A stretch of DNA of 64,000 nucleotides. It comes from Nitrosopumilus sp. GTDB lineage: Archaea > Thermoproteota > Nitrososphaeria > Nitrososphaerales > Nitrosopumilaceae. Every line of letters begins with the position of its first letter. Positions within the stretch are counted from its first letter, which is position 1. Of this stretch, positions 30,975 to 41,223 are shown one piece after another. The translations under genes and the position numbers were made by a program. Location of the stretch: the NCBI GenBank assembly GCA_965223425.1, contig OZ245003.1, positions 1,760,001 through 1,824,000 of the forward strand, in the 5' to 3' direction. The notes under the pieces were generated by a model. It saw only the letters and a list, made by a program, of their open reading frames with translations, was not told the DNA's origin and ran no database searches.

Positions 30975-31559
30975 GTGCAATCAGAGCCATCTAAAGATAA
31001 AGACATTACCGACTATTACAAACACTTGTCGCTTTTCTGGACAGATATCATACATTTGATGTCAAGCAAGCCACAAGCACTAACATCAATTGGGCCAATG
31101 AGGGCTTTTACGGCCAACTCTAAGAAAATTTCCACAGAACTAATTGAGATCAACGAAGTGTTAATGGAGTTTAATCAACACTTGACAGAATATTACAAAC
31201 AGCTTTCAGAAACTTGGGTGGATGCACAAAAGAAAGTAAACATAAAGGCACCTGAAGTTCCGCAAGATGTTGAGCAAATAGAGGCATTCAAGAGAATTTG
31301 GATAGATATTTTTGATAATGATTTTACAGAATTATTTGATTCTGGAAAATTTGGAGAAAATTATGGAAAGCTGGTTTCAAAAGAACTTGAATTGACCAAA
31401 CATTGGAATAATATCACCAATGTAATTTTACAATCAGTTAACCTTCCAAGTAAGGAAGAGATTGATGAAGTTTACAAAGAAATACATTCTCTTAAAAAAA
31501 GAATTGGAAGGTTGGAGTTAGAACTAAAGAAAAAGGAAATGAAAAAAAATGCAAAGTGA
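30975..31559 (+). CDS. phaE: Class III PHA synthase subunit PhaE
   Basis: C-terminal NLPSKEEIDEVYKEIHSLKKRI; overlaps phaC. Confidence 0.85.
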   Translation: MQSEPSKDKDITDYYKHLSLFWTDIIHLMSSKPQALTSIGPMRAFTANSKKISTELIEINEVLMEFNQHLTEYYKQLSETWVDAQKKVNIKAPEVPQDVEQIEAFKRIWIDIFDNDFTELFDSGKFGENYGKLVSKELELTKHWNNITNVILQSVNLPSKEEIDEVYKEIHSLKKRIGRLELELKKKEMKKNAK

Positions 31560-32613
31560 ATCAATAGTAGATCCAAAAATAATTGAAGAGGTTTTAAAAT
31601 TCAGTAAAAATGTAATAGACGCTCCAAAACTAGTTTCTGCACCTGATGAAATTAGTTTGGAAGTAACGCAGCACGATGTGGTACAGGAAATGGACAAAAC
31701 AAGGCTCCTACGCTATAACGCTCTTACAGATAAACAGCATAAAACGCCTTTGTTAATTTCATATGCGTTAATTAACAGATATCACATACTTGATATTCAT
31801 CCAGAAAAAAGCTGGGTGAGAAGCCTTCTCCAGCAAGGATTTGATGTGTATATGTTAGATTGGGGGACGCCAACTAGTTTGGACAAGTATCTTGATTTTG
31901 ATGACTATGTTAATGGCTACCTGGATTCCTATGTAGAGTATATCAAAAACGAGTCATCTACTGAAAAGATTTCATTACAGGGATACTGTACCGGTGCAAC
32001 AATAGCAACAGCATATACATCACTACATCCAGAAAGTGTAAAAAACTACATTGCTACTGCGCCAGTTATCGACGGATGGCGCGATACTACCGTGATTAGC
32101 AATCTTGCAAAGCATATGGATGCAGATAAGATGGTAGAAACTATTGGGAACATGCCTCCAGAATACATGTATTATTGTTTTTCAGTCCTAAAGCCGTTTG
32201 AGCAGGGAATTGAAAAATATGTCAATTTTTTCAAAAATATTGATAACAAGAAATTTGTCGATAGTTTCCTTAGAGTAGAAAAATGGTTGGGAGATACGCC
32301 TCCCATTCCTGGACAGTTATTCAAACAGTGGATTAAAGACATCTATCAGGACAATTTACTCATTCAAAACAAGATGTCCATAGAAGGGCAACTCGTTGAT
32401 TTGAAAAAGATAGATATGCCAATTTTCACACAAGTGGCAGTGGGAGATCATTTAGTGTCTCCTGAGTGCAGTATGCCGCTTCACTATGCAGTAGGAAGCG
32501 AAGACAAAACATTGAGAATGTACCCAACAGGTCACGTTGGAATGATAGCTAGTTCATTATCACAAAAGAAAGTTTTGCCGGAATTAGGGCAATGGCTATC
32601 TGAAAGATCATAA
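31549..32613 (+). CDS. phaC: Class III PHA synthase subunit PhaC
   Basis: YALINRYHILD, DVYMLDWG, catalytic GYCTG, DHLV, TGHVG. Confidence 0.93.
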   Translation: MQSESIVDPKIIEEVLKFSKNVIDAPKLVSAPDEISLEVTQHDVVQEMDKTRLLRYNALTDKQHKTPLLISYALINRYHILDIHPEKSWVRSLLQQGFDVYMLDWGTPTSLDKYLDFDDYVNGYLDSYVEYIKNESSTEKISLQGYCTGATIATAYTSLHPESVKNYIATAPVIDGWRDTTVISNLAKHMDADKMVETIGNMPPEYMYYCFSVLKPFEQGIEKYVNFFKNIDNKKFVDSFLRVEKWLGDTPPIPGQLFKQWIKDIYQDNLLIQNKMSIEGQLVDLKKIDMPIFTQVAVGDHLVSPECSMPLHYAVGSEDKTLRMYPTGHVGMIASSLSQKKVLPELGQWLSERS

Positions 32614-32649
32614 AAGAAAAAAATAAAAAATAAAAATTTAGATTCGCCA

Positions 32650-33084
32650 CTAGTTGTTCTTTGTGGTGAATGCAGAAATCCAAGATTGTAGAATGTTTCT
32701 GTTTAGTTCAGCAAATGACTTTGCATTATCGTTGAATGTTTTGATGTTTTGTTGCGTTGCATCGATAGTTGCAAGTGCTACTTGGTTTTGTATTGAAGCT
32801 GCCTTTACAAATTCTTCTGTTGTATCACGGATTACTTTGAGAGTTGCCTCAGGAATGCTTGTTGCAATACCTGTTTTTCTTGCATATTCCTTTTGTAGTG
32901 TGATAGTTGAATCTACCACGTTCTCATATGCTTGCAAGTATTCCTGTTGTACATTAGTAATTGATTGATGGTACTGTGGTACTGATTGTTTAATACCATT
33001 GAAGAGTTTGTCTACGCTTTGCTGACATACTGAAAATACATCTTTTGAATTTCCTTTTGTTGTTGTTGTTGTTTCGTTACTCAT
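32650..33084 (-). CDS. Phasin-like PHA granule protein
   Basis: Amphipathic all-helical Q/N/T-rich 144-aa protein next to phaC. Confidence 0.65.
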   Translation of the reverse strand: MSNETTTTTKGNSKDVFSVCQQSVDKLFNGIKQSVPQYHQSITNVQQEYLQAYENVVDSTITLQKEYARKTGIATSIPEATLKVIRDTTEEFVKAASIQNQVALATIDATQQNIKTFNDNAKSFAELNRNILQSWISAFTTKNN

Positions 33085-33506
33085 TGTTTCACCTCCCTAT
33101 TTTTTGATTTTTTTGCAATTGGCAGGATAACGACTTGAACCAGATCACCTTCGCCCAAACCAAGCGCGTTACGTTCAGCCTCAGGGATTGAGATTCTTCC
33201 ATTACTACTGACGGTAGTTTTGTAAGCACCCCAATTCATGAAGGAGGGAAGCATTTGTCCAATGTTGAACATGGCGTCCATGCTTTTACTTTGCATTAAA
33301 GACATGCCCTGCATCATATTTGATCGAGTCTCTTTAGCACTGTCAGAAACTCCTCTAAGGGTTTCTAATGGGTTAAATGTTTGACCAGATTGATTTGCCA
33401 TCAAAGAGCCAAAATTCTTCATAAATTCTGCTTGTGCACGTCCACTTTTTTGGATCCAATCTTTGAACATTTCTGTGGGATCATATTGGTTAGTATTACC
33501 ACTCAT
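33081..33506 (-). CDS. AbrB-domain regulator (PhaR-like)
   Basis: TTVSSNGRISIPEAERNALGLGEGDLV; coupled to the phasin-like gene. Confidence 0.75.
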   Translation of the reverse strand: MSGNTNQYDPTEMFKDWIQKSGRAQAEFMKNFGSLMANQSGQTFNPLETLRGVSDSAKETRSNMMQGMSLMQSKSMDAMFNIGQMLPSFMNWGAYKTTVSSNGRISIPEAERNALGLGEGDLVQVVILPIAKKSKNREVKQ

Positions 33507-33542
33507 TGGTAATGGTAGGGATTAATGGGTATTTAAATGCAT

Positions 33543-34388
33543 CTAAGAGCCATTAAGAAATTCTAGAACTTTGGAGGCAAAAGTATATGGATCTTGAACA
33601 TACGGAGTATGTCCACACCCATCCATTCTATAAAATCGGCAATCCTGAATTGTCGAGACAAATCTGTCTGCATGGCTAATCGGGATAACGGGATCATTAG
33701 ACCCCCAAATTATCATAGTTGGTGTAGAGATGGTTTGAAGTTTGGATGTAATTAGTTCAGAATTTTTTAGCCCTAGCAGAGTAGACATGAAAGCAAGTTT
33801 TGCATTAGGTAATTGCATTCTTTCTATAAACCCATTAACAATTTCTTCATTGGCCTTTTGCCCAGAACCGTCCATCAGTTCAAATGCATTTTTTGCGCTT
33901 TGTTCATTTGGGTACAAGGCAGCCATAATATATGCATCAAGTGCAGGAGTGGACTGTTTCATAGCCCCAGAAGGCGAAACCAGAACAAGTTTTTCAACAT
34001 CTTCAGAATGCGAGACAGCATACCCAGCAGATATTTGTCCTCCTAGCGAAGAACCAATGATACTAGGATGGGTAATTTTAGAGGCGATAAAAAAATTTTT
34101 TAGAAATTCTGAAAAAAAATCAGGGGTATAATCAGCAAGAGGCTTGTCACTATAACCAAACCCAATAAGATCAGGAACTACAACATGAAACTCATCTGCA
34201 AAGATAGGAACTACTTGATTCCATCTTTCAGCAGATGCACCTAAACCGTGAATAAGCACGAGTGTTTTTTCAGAATCGCCGGATTCGAGATAACGAATCT
34301 TGTTTCCATCGATTTGAAGAAATTTTTCTTCCACCATTTTAGCGTCAATTATCATGACTAGATAAGTTTTAGTGAATTTAGCGATCAA
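33543..34388 (-). CDS. Alpha/beta hydrolase
   Basis: HGLG, DLIGFGYS, GSSLGG nucleophile elbow, NDPVI, GHTP. Confidence 0.9.
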   Translation of the reverse strand: MIAKFTKTYLVMIIDAKMVEEKFLQIDGNKIRYLESGDSEKTLVLIHGLGASAERWNQVVPIFADEFHVVVPDLIGFGYSDKPLADYTPDFFSEFLKNFFIASKITHPSIIGSSLGGQISAGYAVSHSEDVEKLVLVSPSGAMKQSTPALDAYIMAALYPNEQSAKNAFELMDGSGQKANEEIVNGFIERMQLPNAKLAFMSTLLGLKNSELITSKLQTISTPTMIIWGSNDPVIPISHADRFVSTIQDCRFYRMDGCGHTPYVQDPYTFASKVLEFLNGS

Positions 34389-34468
34389 ATGCGTTTATGG
34401 TTTTTCTAGATTTCCAAATTATGAACTGTGCAGAGTATGTTTTTTAAGATCAAAAATATGGGTATTGT

Positions 34469-34900
34469 ATGATAAAAAAGAAAATTTCAAAAATCCTAGT
34501 TCCACTCGATGGATCCAAAAATTCGATCAGAGGCCTTGAGATGGCAATTACTTTAGCCAGACAATGCGGATCAATCATCACTGGAGTGTACTCAATTCAT
34601 GCGCCCCCACATTCAGAATTTAAAGGAGTAGGCTCAGTTGAAAAATCACTAAACAGCGAAGTGAAAAAAATCATGAGTAATGCCAAGGTACTATCAGCTC
34701 AAAATGGAATCGTGTTTAAAGAAAAAATAATGAGAGGCGATATCGGATACAACATCATCAGACTTGCTCAGGGGAAAAACAAATTCGATATGATTGTGAT
34801 GGGATCTCGTGGAAGAAGCTCTACAAAAGAAATTTTCTTTGGCAGTGTTTCAAATTATGTAATACACACAGCAAAGATTCCAGTATTGGTAGTAAAGTAA
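34469..34900 (+). CDS. Universal stress protein
   Basis: KILVPLDGS, DMIVMGSRG...FGSVS. Confidence 0.93.
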   Translation: MIKKKISKILVPLDGSKNSIRGLEMAITLARQCGSIITGVYSIHAPPHSEFKGVGSVEKSLNSEVKKIMSNAKVLSAQNGIVFKEKIMRGDIGYNIIRLAQGKNKFDMIVMGSRGRSSTKEIFFGSVSNYVIHTAKIPVLVVK

Positions 34901-34901
34901 T

Positions 34902-35375
34902 TTATGAATAACCACACTTTTTGAAATATTTTTGATGGTATTCTTCTGCTTTATAGAACGAAGGGGCAGGAACAATTTCAGTAACAATTGGATTTTCAAA
35001 TTTTCCAGATGTCTCTATTGTTTGTTTAGATTTTTCAGCAATTGCTTTTTGTTCCTTATTATGATAAAAAATTGCGGAGCGATACTGAATTCCCACATCT
35101 GGGCCTTGCCTATTCAATGTAGTTGGGTTATGATTATTCCAAAAAACATCAAGAAGTTCTTCATAGGATATTTCATCAGGGTTGTATTCCACTTCTACAG
35201 CTTCTGCATGTCCGGTTTTATCTGTGCAGACTTCCTCATAAGTGGGATTTGGAAGTTGGCCACCAGTATATCCTGCTTGTGTGGATTTAACACCTTTAGT
35301 TTTGCCAAGTAAATCTTCAACATGCCAAAAACATCCTGCACCAAATGTAGCTTTCAATTCAATTAGCATGCACAT
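34902..35375 (-). CDS. msrA: Peptide methionine sulfoxide reductase A
   Basis: [31 protein letters not shown]. Confidence 0.96.
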   Translation of the reverse strand: MCMLIELKATFGAGCFWHVEDLLGKTKGVKSTQAGYTGGQLPNPTYEEVCTDKTGHAEAVEVEYNPDEISYEELLDVFWNNHNPTTLNRQGPDVGIQYRSAIFYHNKEQKAIAEKSKQTIETSGKFENPIVTEIVPAPSFYKAEEYHQKYFKKCGYS

Positions 35376-35408
35376 GCATCAAATTAAAACTATTTGTTAA
35401 AAATGAGA

Positions 35409-36476
35409 TTAATCAATTACAATTAATCCTTCTTGAAGAAGGAATTTTAATGAATTAACAAATTCATCTTCTGAAATTAAATCTTGAGACCACCAATGTG
35501 CAGTATTACGAACCCAACTTGGAATTTCATTATCTGATGAGGTTTTAGCAGAAACATCTGAAATCATGATTATGTTATTATCCAACATGAATTCTATGCC
35601 TGCAGTAAAATCAGAAGTAGCTATGTCACCAGTTGCCCACAATTCAGCGTCAGTTTTAATCCAAGAAGGCATCATAACCGGATCTTCATATCCTAAAATA
35701 TTGTAAATTGATGAGTTTGGAAATTGTGAATCAAACCAAGATTTGTAATCAGATTCAGCATTGTACCTGTCAATGTAATATTGTGGGGATTTGTCAAGGG
35801 AGGGAAAATTAGCAACATGGGTTGTTTTGTATCCCACCACATCATCAATAGAATTAGTAGGAAATTGTGAATCAAACCAAGATTTGTAATCAGATTCAGC
35901 ATTGTACCTGTCAATGTAATATTGTGGGGATTTGTCAAGGGAGGGAAAATCCAGAATTTGTAATTTCAGGGTTGTAAAATCAGATGCAGGTTCTGGTGTT
36001 GGTTTTGGTGTTGGCGTTGGTGTTGGCTCGGGTGTTGGCGTTGGTGTTGGCTCGGGTGTTGGTGTTGGCTTGGGTGTAGTAATCTCTTGGTATTCTATGG
36101 ATTGTTCCATACTTCCCCCGTATGTAATTTTGATAGGATAAGTTCCATCAGAGGGCCAGGTAGGACCACCAGCTATCAACGAATGTGAAAAGCTACCATC
36201 GGAATTAACAGGCAAAGTCCAAAAATATGCAAAGTTAGAATATCCAGGAGTATAGATCTGAATAGTCACAAACGGTATTTGAGGATCATATGAAACAGTT
36301 CCAGAAATGCTCAACGAGTCATCTTTATGATAAATGGATTTGCCAGTGGTAAAATCATCTACTGTTCCAAATACTACTGGAAAGGCAAAAGGAACAAGTA
36401 AAAACACGAAAATAGCTGCAAAATACCGAGCCATATCCTGAAAATTAATTTTAAGCATAATTAAAGAATTCGCCAC
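35409..36476 (-). CDS. Secreted/surface protein with Pro-Thr linker and thaumarchaeal C-terminal (IP.W..NTA.WW) domain
   Basis: Signal peptide, PTPEPTPTPTP linker, duplicated FPSLDKSPQYYIDRY motif. Confidence 0.8.
   Translation of the reverse strand: MANSLIMLKINFQDMARYFAAIFVFLLVPFAFPVVFGTVDDFTTGKSIYHKDDSLSISGTVSYDPQIPFVTIQIYTPGYSNFAYFWTLPVNSDGSFSHSLIAGGPTWPSDGTYPIKITYGGSMEQSIEYQEITTPKPTPTPEPTPTPTPEPTPTPTPKPTPEPASDFTTLKLQILDFPSLDKSPQYYIDRYNAESDYKSWFDSQFPTNSIDDVVGYKTTHVANFPSLDKSPQYYIDRYNAESDYKSWFDSQFPNSSIYNILGYEDPVMMPSWIKTDAELWATGDIATSDFTAGIEFMLDNNIIMISDVSAKTSSDNEIPSWVRNTAHWWSQDLISEDEFVNSLKFLLQEGLIVID
35719..35950. repeat. Two identical 91-bp intragenic repeats (period 141 bp)
   Basis: 35719-35809 equals 35860-35950. 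Confidence 0.9.
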
Positions 36477-36491
36477 ATTGTTTGATTAGAC

Positions 36492-36884
36492 TTAGTTCAC
36501 ATCAGTGAATATTTCAACAACCTTTTTGGCCAAACTTTCAATATTAACAGTAGGTTCTGCAGAGATTAGCAATAAAATATGTGTGATTGGGAATGGAAAA
36601 CTTACTAAAACTGCTTTATCTCTTCTTGCAGCAAGATAGTTTATCGGCCCTAAGCTTTCATCAAATTCTTTTCGAATAGATGCTTTTGAAACAAAATCAA
36701 AAAATGATTGCAGTTTAGTTTCATCTCCTTCATAAGGTACAAGTCCTTCTTTAAAACCTCCGGCCACAAGTTGACCAGCTTTATCAATGATTCCTGCAAA
36801 GCGTATTTCAGACTCTTCAAGCAATTGATTACATTTATCACCAAATAATTTCAAAGCAGTGCCAGCATCAGACATGATAAACAT
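36492..36884 (-). CDS. Roadblock/DUF6659-like thaumarchaeal protein
   Basis: IRFAGIIDKAGQLVAGG...FDESLGPINY. Confidence 0.75.
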   Translation of the reverse strand: MFIMSDAGTALKLFGDKCNQLLEESEIRFAGIIDKAGQLVAGGFKEGLVPYEGDETKLQSFFDFVSKASIRKEFDESLGPINYLAARRDKAVLVSFPFPITHILLLISAEPTVNIESLAKKVVEIFTDVN

Positions 36885-37124
36885 GTCAAAATATCAAAAA
36901 TAAAAACCTAGCCAATTTTAATCAGTGCTGTGGATATCTTAAGAAATATGCCAACTGGCCAACTCGGTTTAAGAAATTTTGAACGGAGTTAATAAGTTAA
37001 AACTGAAGACAAGTCATTATTGAAAACAGCAGCAGCAATGTGCCTGTTAGATGAAAGAATTTCAGAATCTGAGTATCTGCAAGCCATGGAAAGCCTAATT
37101 TCACAAAACGCCCTCAATGTCTAG

Positions 37125-37970
37125 TTAGAGTTTACATTTTAATAGAACATAATCAATTATTTTTTCTTGTGATGCTTTCTTCATTTTTTGAATTGATTTG
37201 AAAAGAAGATTTTCAACATATTTAGGATAATTCTTCAAGATTGATTTTTTTAACTGCGGCCTATTTTTTATATAATAATCAGCAAGAGGATCATATACGC
37301 TTGAACCAATTAATTTTTCACCAGAGACAGAAAAGCCTACAGATGAAATGAGATCTTTTAGATAATCCATACTATAATGTTCAGAAGACCAAGTGAATTT
37401 TAAAAGTCCTAATTTTCCAATTGAGGAATCACCAGTAGTTATAGGAATAGCCATTACAAGCAATCCATTTTGAGTCAAGACTCTTTTTGATTCAAAAATA
37501 AAATCACCCAAAGGCTTGAAATGTTGTGCAGATTCTAACGCCAGTACACGGTCAACAGAAGAATTTGCAAATGGGAGTTTGGTAGATGTAGAGTTTAAGA
37601 ATTCAATGTTTTTTTGTTGTCCAGAAAAAGATAATTGCTTAAAATTAATATTTACATCATACAAGTTAAGATTAGAATAGCTATCCCTCCACAGTTTTGA
37701 GGGGGCAGACAGCCCACTTCCAACATCAACTACGTGTTTACCAGAAGACAGTTCTGCTAAATCTCCAAAAACCATACATAGATTATTTTGTGCTGAAATT
37801 GGATCTGTATGTTTTGAAGACCAATAGCCAAAATTTAGCATAGAGCCACCAGTGGCAATCTGCATCACAGGGGAAAGGGTAGTGTAAAGATTCACAATAT
37901 CTTTTTCATTTCTACGAAATGTCCAAAGAAATGCATCAAGGGGGTTTATCGATACCAAAAATAATTTCAA
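37125..37970 (-). CDS. SAM-dependent methyltransferase
   Basis: MLNFGYW, VVDVGSGL, LPFANSSVD...ALESAQHF. Confidence 0.88.
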   Translation of the reverse strand: MKLFLVSINPLDAFLWTFRRNEKDIVNLYTTLSPVMQIATGGSMLNFGYWSSKHTDPISAQNNLCMVFGDLAELSSGKHVVDVGSGLSAPSKLWRDSYSNLNLYDVNINFKQLSFSGQQKNIEFLNSTSTKLPFANSSVDRVLALESAQHFKPLGDFIFESKRVLTQNGLLVMAIPITTGDSSIGKLGLLKFTWSSEHYSMDYLKDLISSVGFSVSGEKLIGSSVYDPLADYYIKNRPQLKKSILKNYPKYVENLLFKSIQKMKKASQEKIIDYVLLKCKL

Positions 37971-38571
37971 ATTTATTGGGACAGTCTAGTTATTAATTTC
38001 TAGGGTAACCCTTCAGAATTCTCAGCACAATGCCTGTGAACCCATTTTTCATCTTTATTTTTTGCAGTTTCCTTGCCATCATGCGCCGCCACTGCAAAAG
38101 GTGCCACAAGCAGCATAGTAAGAGAGGCAAGGGTAAGGATTGCCATGTACAACCGGTGGGTGGCAGCAACAATGTAGGGGAGCAGGTGCATGGATCCTGG
38201 GATGAACGGGATGTGGTCAGGCCGAGTTATGCAACACACACTAGCAGGATCGGCGGGTCTTTTTACGCGGTTTTGAATCAGGACGCCATCACATGACGGA
38301 CGGAATTCCCTGATGACGAGTTGGATCTTTGACGTCAGCAGGATTTCTAGGCAACTTCAAAAACGTGAACAGGTTACTAACTGTTGATCAACACATTTTA
38401 TTAATTTGAGGGTACCAGTAATTTCATGAGCGAATCTGATTCAGGCATATCTTCAAGGATCGTCATTGCAAAGTGGTCAGACAGATTTCTGGCATGGTTG
38501 ATTGATTTTATTGTTGTCTCTGCAATTTCAACGCCAATAATTCTTGCATCGTTTGGAACGCTGGATTATGA

Positions 38572-40034
38572 GTACGTGTTCACCTGATTTAGCTCAATTT
38601 TACACATATTTTACAATCTCGGCCATATAGTCAATATTCTTGTTCTTCCAAGTGGTGACACACGAGAATAGATTCCCCATCCATTCCATGGTATCTACAG
38701 ATCTCAGCCCGCCACGGATCTTTCTGTGTACTACAATCTCGCGCAATCCGCGCTCGGCGGCATTGTTGGTAGGCGGGATGCCTGGGTCTGATACGAACCG
38801 GAACATGTCAGGCGCTGCCCTGCCCAGCTTTTTCATGAAATGCTCCAATATGGGATTATCCGAATATTTCATGATCAGCTGCCTTATCCGCCGCAACAGT
38901 CTGCAGCAGAGATCCGTTTTGTTTCCGGTTGCACCGCATCCATCCTTGTACATTCTTTTTAGCACATCCCGTACGCACCTGCATTGCGGGTCGTCATATT
39001 TGATGCACAGGTCACGCGCCTCGCGCAGTATGTGCGACCAGCACCTCTGAATCTTGTATGTATTGTACGATCTCCAGCCGTCACACACGATGGTTCCGTC
39101 CCAGTTATCCAGTATTTCTTCCAGTACGTCACCGCCCCTGCTGGGCCGTATTGCATAAAACGTATCGCCACTGGCCGGATTGTAAAATATCCACACCCAG
39201 ACCAGGACTCCGTCGAGTCGTATGGATGTCTCATCGATGTTGAGTACGGCCGCACCTCTTATTTTTTCCAGTATCCTCATGCTTGGATTCTCCAGATTCG
39301 TGCCCACATACCGCACTATGTTGTGGATTGTGCCAGTAGATATTGGAACTCCCATATTCGTGATTCTTTGGGCGTTTAGTCTGCATGGCATTCGATCCAT
39401 GTGGTTGGTCACTATCTCAGATATTATGTTGTGGCCATAATTTCCATATCCGGGCAGACAGGCATCGCCCTGTATTCCTGCCTTGCCGCATTGGTTGCAC
39501 GTACACGTGTGTATTGTGTGTCGTGTGGTAACTGGTTTTGGTACGGGAATCTCCGTAATGTCGCGTACGTTCGTATCTGTCACGTCAAGCTCGGAGGCGC
39601 CGCAGTTGGGACACGTTTTGGGCATGTGCTCGGTGAATTCTGTTGGTTTGGGCCTGCTAGTGGTTCCCTTGTGGCCGGTTTGTGCGCCCTGCTTGCGGGG
39701 CGATTTTTCATCGGTGTCTTTTTTGTAGTTGCGCGTACGCTGTCGGGTCAGGGTGTTATGGGAAGGTGGTGTGTTGGGATTATCATAATATGCCACTATG
39801 CGCTCAAGTGTCTTTATTCTGGATTCATACTTGTTTGTCATCTCCCCATACTTGTTTGCCATCTTTTCTATTGTCTGCTTTTGAATCAGATTTTCTGTGC
39901 GGAGCTGCTTGTACATTTTCTTGTAGTCGCGCGTATCCTTCAATATGACAGGTAAACCGAACTGGTATTTAGCTTGAGATGGTGATCAAAAATTGATCCA
40001 TTGGGGAAAAATTAGGCATGACGTGAACAGATAC
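38572..40034 (-). mobile_element. IS66-family element (single-ORF type), 1463 bp
   Basis: Ends GTACGTGTTCAC / GTGAACAGATAC; 8-bp TSD GATTATGA. Confidence 0.92.
38600..39943 (-). CDS. IS66 transposase (TnpC-like)
   Basis: NTPPS, GAQTGHKG, CPNC..CNQC, IDET, VCDGWRSY, QRCWSHILR, PTNNAAERGLR. Confidence 0.93.
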   Translation of the reverse strand: MKDTRDYKKMYKQLRTENLIQKQTIEKMANKYGEMTNKYESRIKTLERIVAYYDNPNTPPSHNTLTRQRTRNYKKDTDEKSPRKQGAQTGHKGTTSRPKPTEFTEHMPKTCPNCGASELDVTDTNVRDITEIPVPKPVTTRHTIHTCTCNQCGKAGIQGDACLPGYGNYGHNIISEIVTNHMDRMPCRLNAQRITNMGVPISTGTIHNIVRYVGTNLENPSMRILEKIRGAAVLNIDETSIRLDGVLVWVWIFYNPASGDTFYAIRPSRGGDVLEEILDNWDGTIVCDGWRSYNTYKIQRCWSHILREARDLCIKYDDPQCRCVRDVLKRMYKDGCGATGNKTDLCCRLLRRIRQLIMKYSDNPILEHFMKKLGRAAPDMFRFVSDPGIPPTNNAAERGLREIVVHRKIRGGLRSVDTMEWMGNLFSCVTTWKNKNIDYMAEIVKYV

Positions 40035-40494
40035 GATTATGAGTATGACGAAGACGTGTTTTGGGCAGAACTCACACAATACATTCCAACTGGTGTCTTG
40101 TTTTTTGCATATTGGACAATTTTGGAATTCAAAATATCCCAGACTGTCGGCAAAAAAGTTCTAAATTTAAAGGTCACAGACATTTATGGAAACAGGCCCA
40201 GTTTGAAGGGAGTTATGGTCAGTAGTTTTGGCAAGTCGTTTCTGCTGCCAATTGATGTAATTCTGGGATGGATTCTAACCAACGATAAACGGCAAAGGGC
40301 ATTCAACAAGTTAGGCGACACCTTGATTGTAAAAATTAAAGACCCCGAAGATGGCTCTAATCTCAAATACATCAAAGACTAGATTGGGTCATATTTTGTT
40401 AAACAGTCGCTCTGAAGATTTAACCAACAGATCTATTAACAACAGTCGATCTTTCTCGTTAGAGTGTCTGAAAATAGCAGAGAGTGGTGGATTG

Positions 40495-40915
40495 GCCTGC
40501 CTGACGAACTACAAAACGACATAGAATTCGAAGAACAGGATCAATAAAACTATCAGGACTAATGACAATCCTTGAAATAGACATGTTATGGTACTGACAA
40601 CAATTTCAGAGATAACTGACATCCAAAGATTTGCAACAACAAGGAAACTCGTATCATATACGGAACGGCATCATCACACAGGGACAGCGGAGAGACACAA
40701 AAAGGTGGAGCAATAACAAAACAGGGCTCTACATGGTTGCGCAATACAATGGGAGAAACTGCAAATACTGCGATACGATTTGATTCGAGGATGGAATAAT
40801 TTTACTTAAGAATTGTAAAAAGGTAATGAGAGCAAAAGGCAGAGGTAGTTGCTGCAAGGTAGATGATGCTTGAGATAATCTGACACATGCTAACAAACTC
40901 TGAAGAGTATCGTAC
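40495..40915 (+). pseudogene. Degraded IS110-family transposase relic
   Basis: Fragments ISEITDIQRFATTRKLVSY / DSGE...GAITKQGSTWLR in broken frames. Confidence 0.7.
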
Positions 40916-41223
40916 ACAGGATCATGAGTTGACGTAAAGAAAGCATGAGAAAATGCAATGCAAATCAGAAACGTCCTGATTCAGCAAAGCACACTGAGAA
41001 TGATCCGCAGTAGAAGAAGAGACGGTTCGCATGTAAGAATGTTTATTCTAGAGCCATGTTTAGCATATCAAATTCTATACGTTTCATCATTTTCTAATTC
41101 AGTTGGAAGATAGATAGGATCTATGCATTTTATTCTGATTAGTGATTCAATAGTTGACTTGTTGCTTAGGAAATCATTATTATCTGTGGTTGCAAATAAG
41201 CATGTTTTTCCTGAATTTTTCTG

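Larger units (their letters stand above)
38426..40382 (+). pseudogene. RDD-family membrane protein gene interrupted by IS66
   Basis: Removing the IS and one TSD restores 161 aa: AKWSDRFLAWLID...QTVGKKVLNLKV...RQRAFNKLGDT. Confidence 0.9.

Noticed and set aside
39993-40382. Stand-alone 129-aa ORF
   Set aside because: It is the 3' half of the interrupted RDD gene with an IS66-derived start
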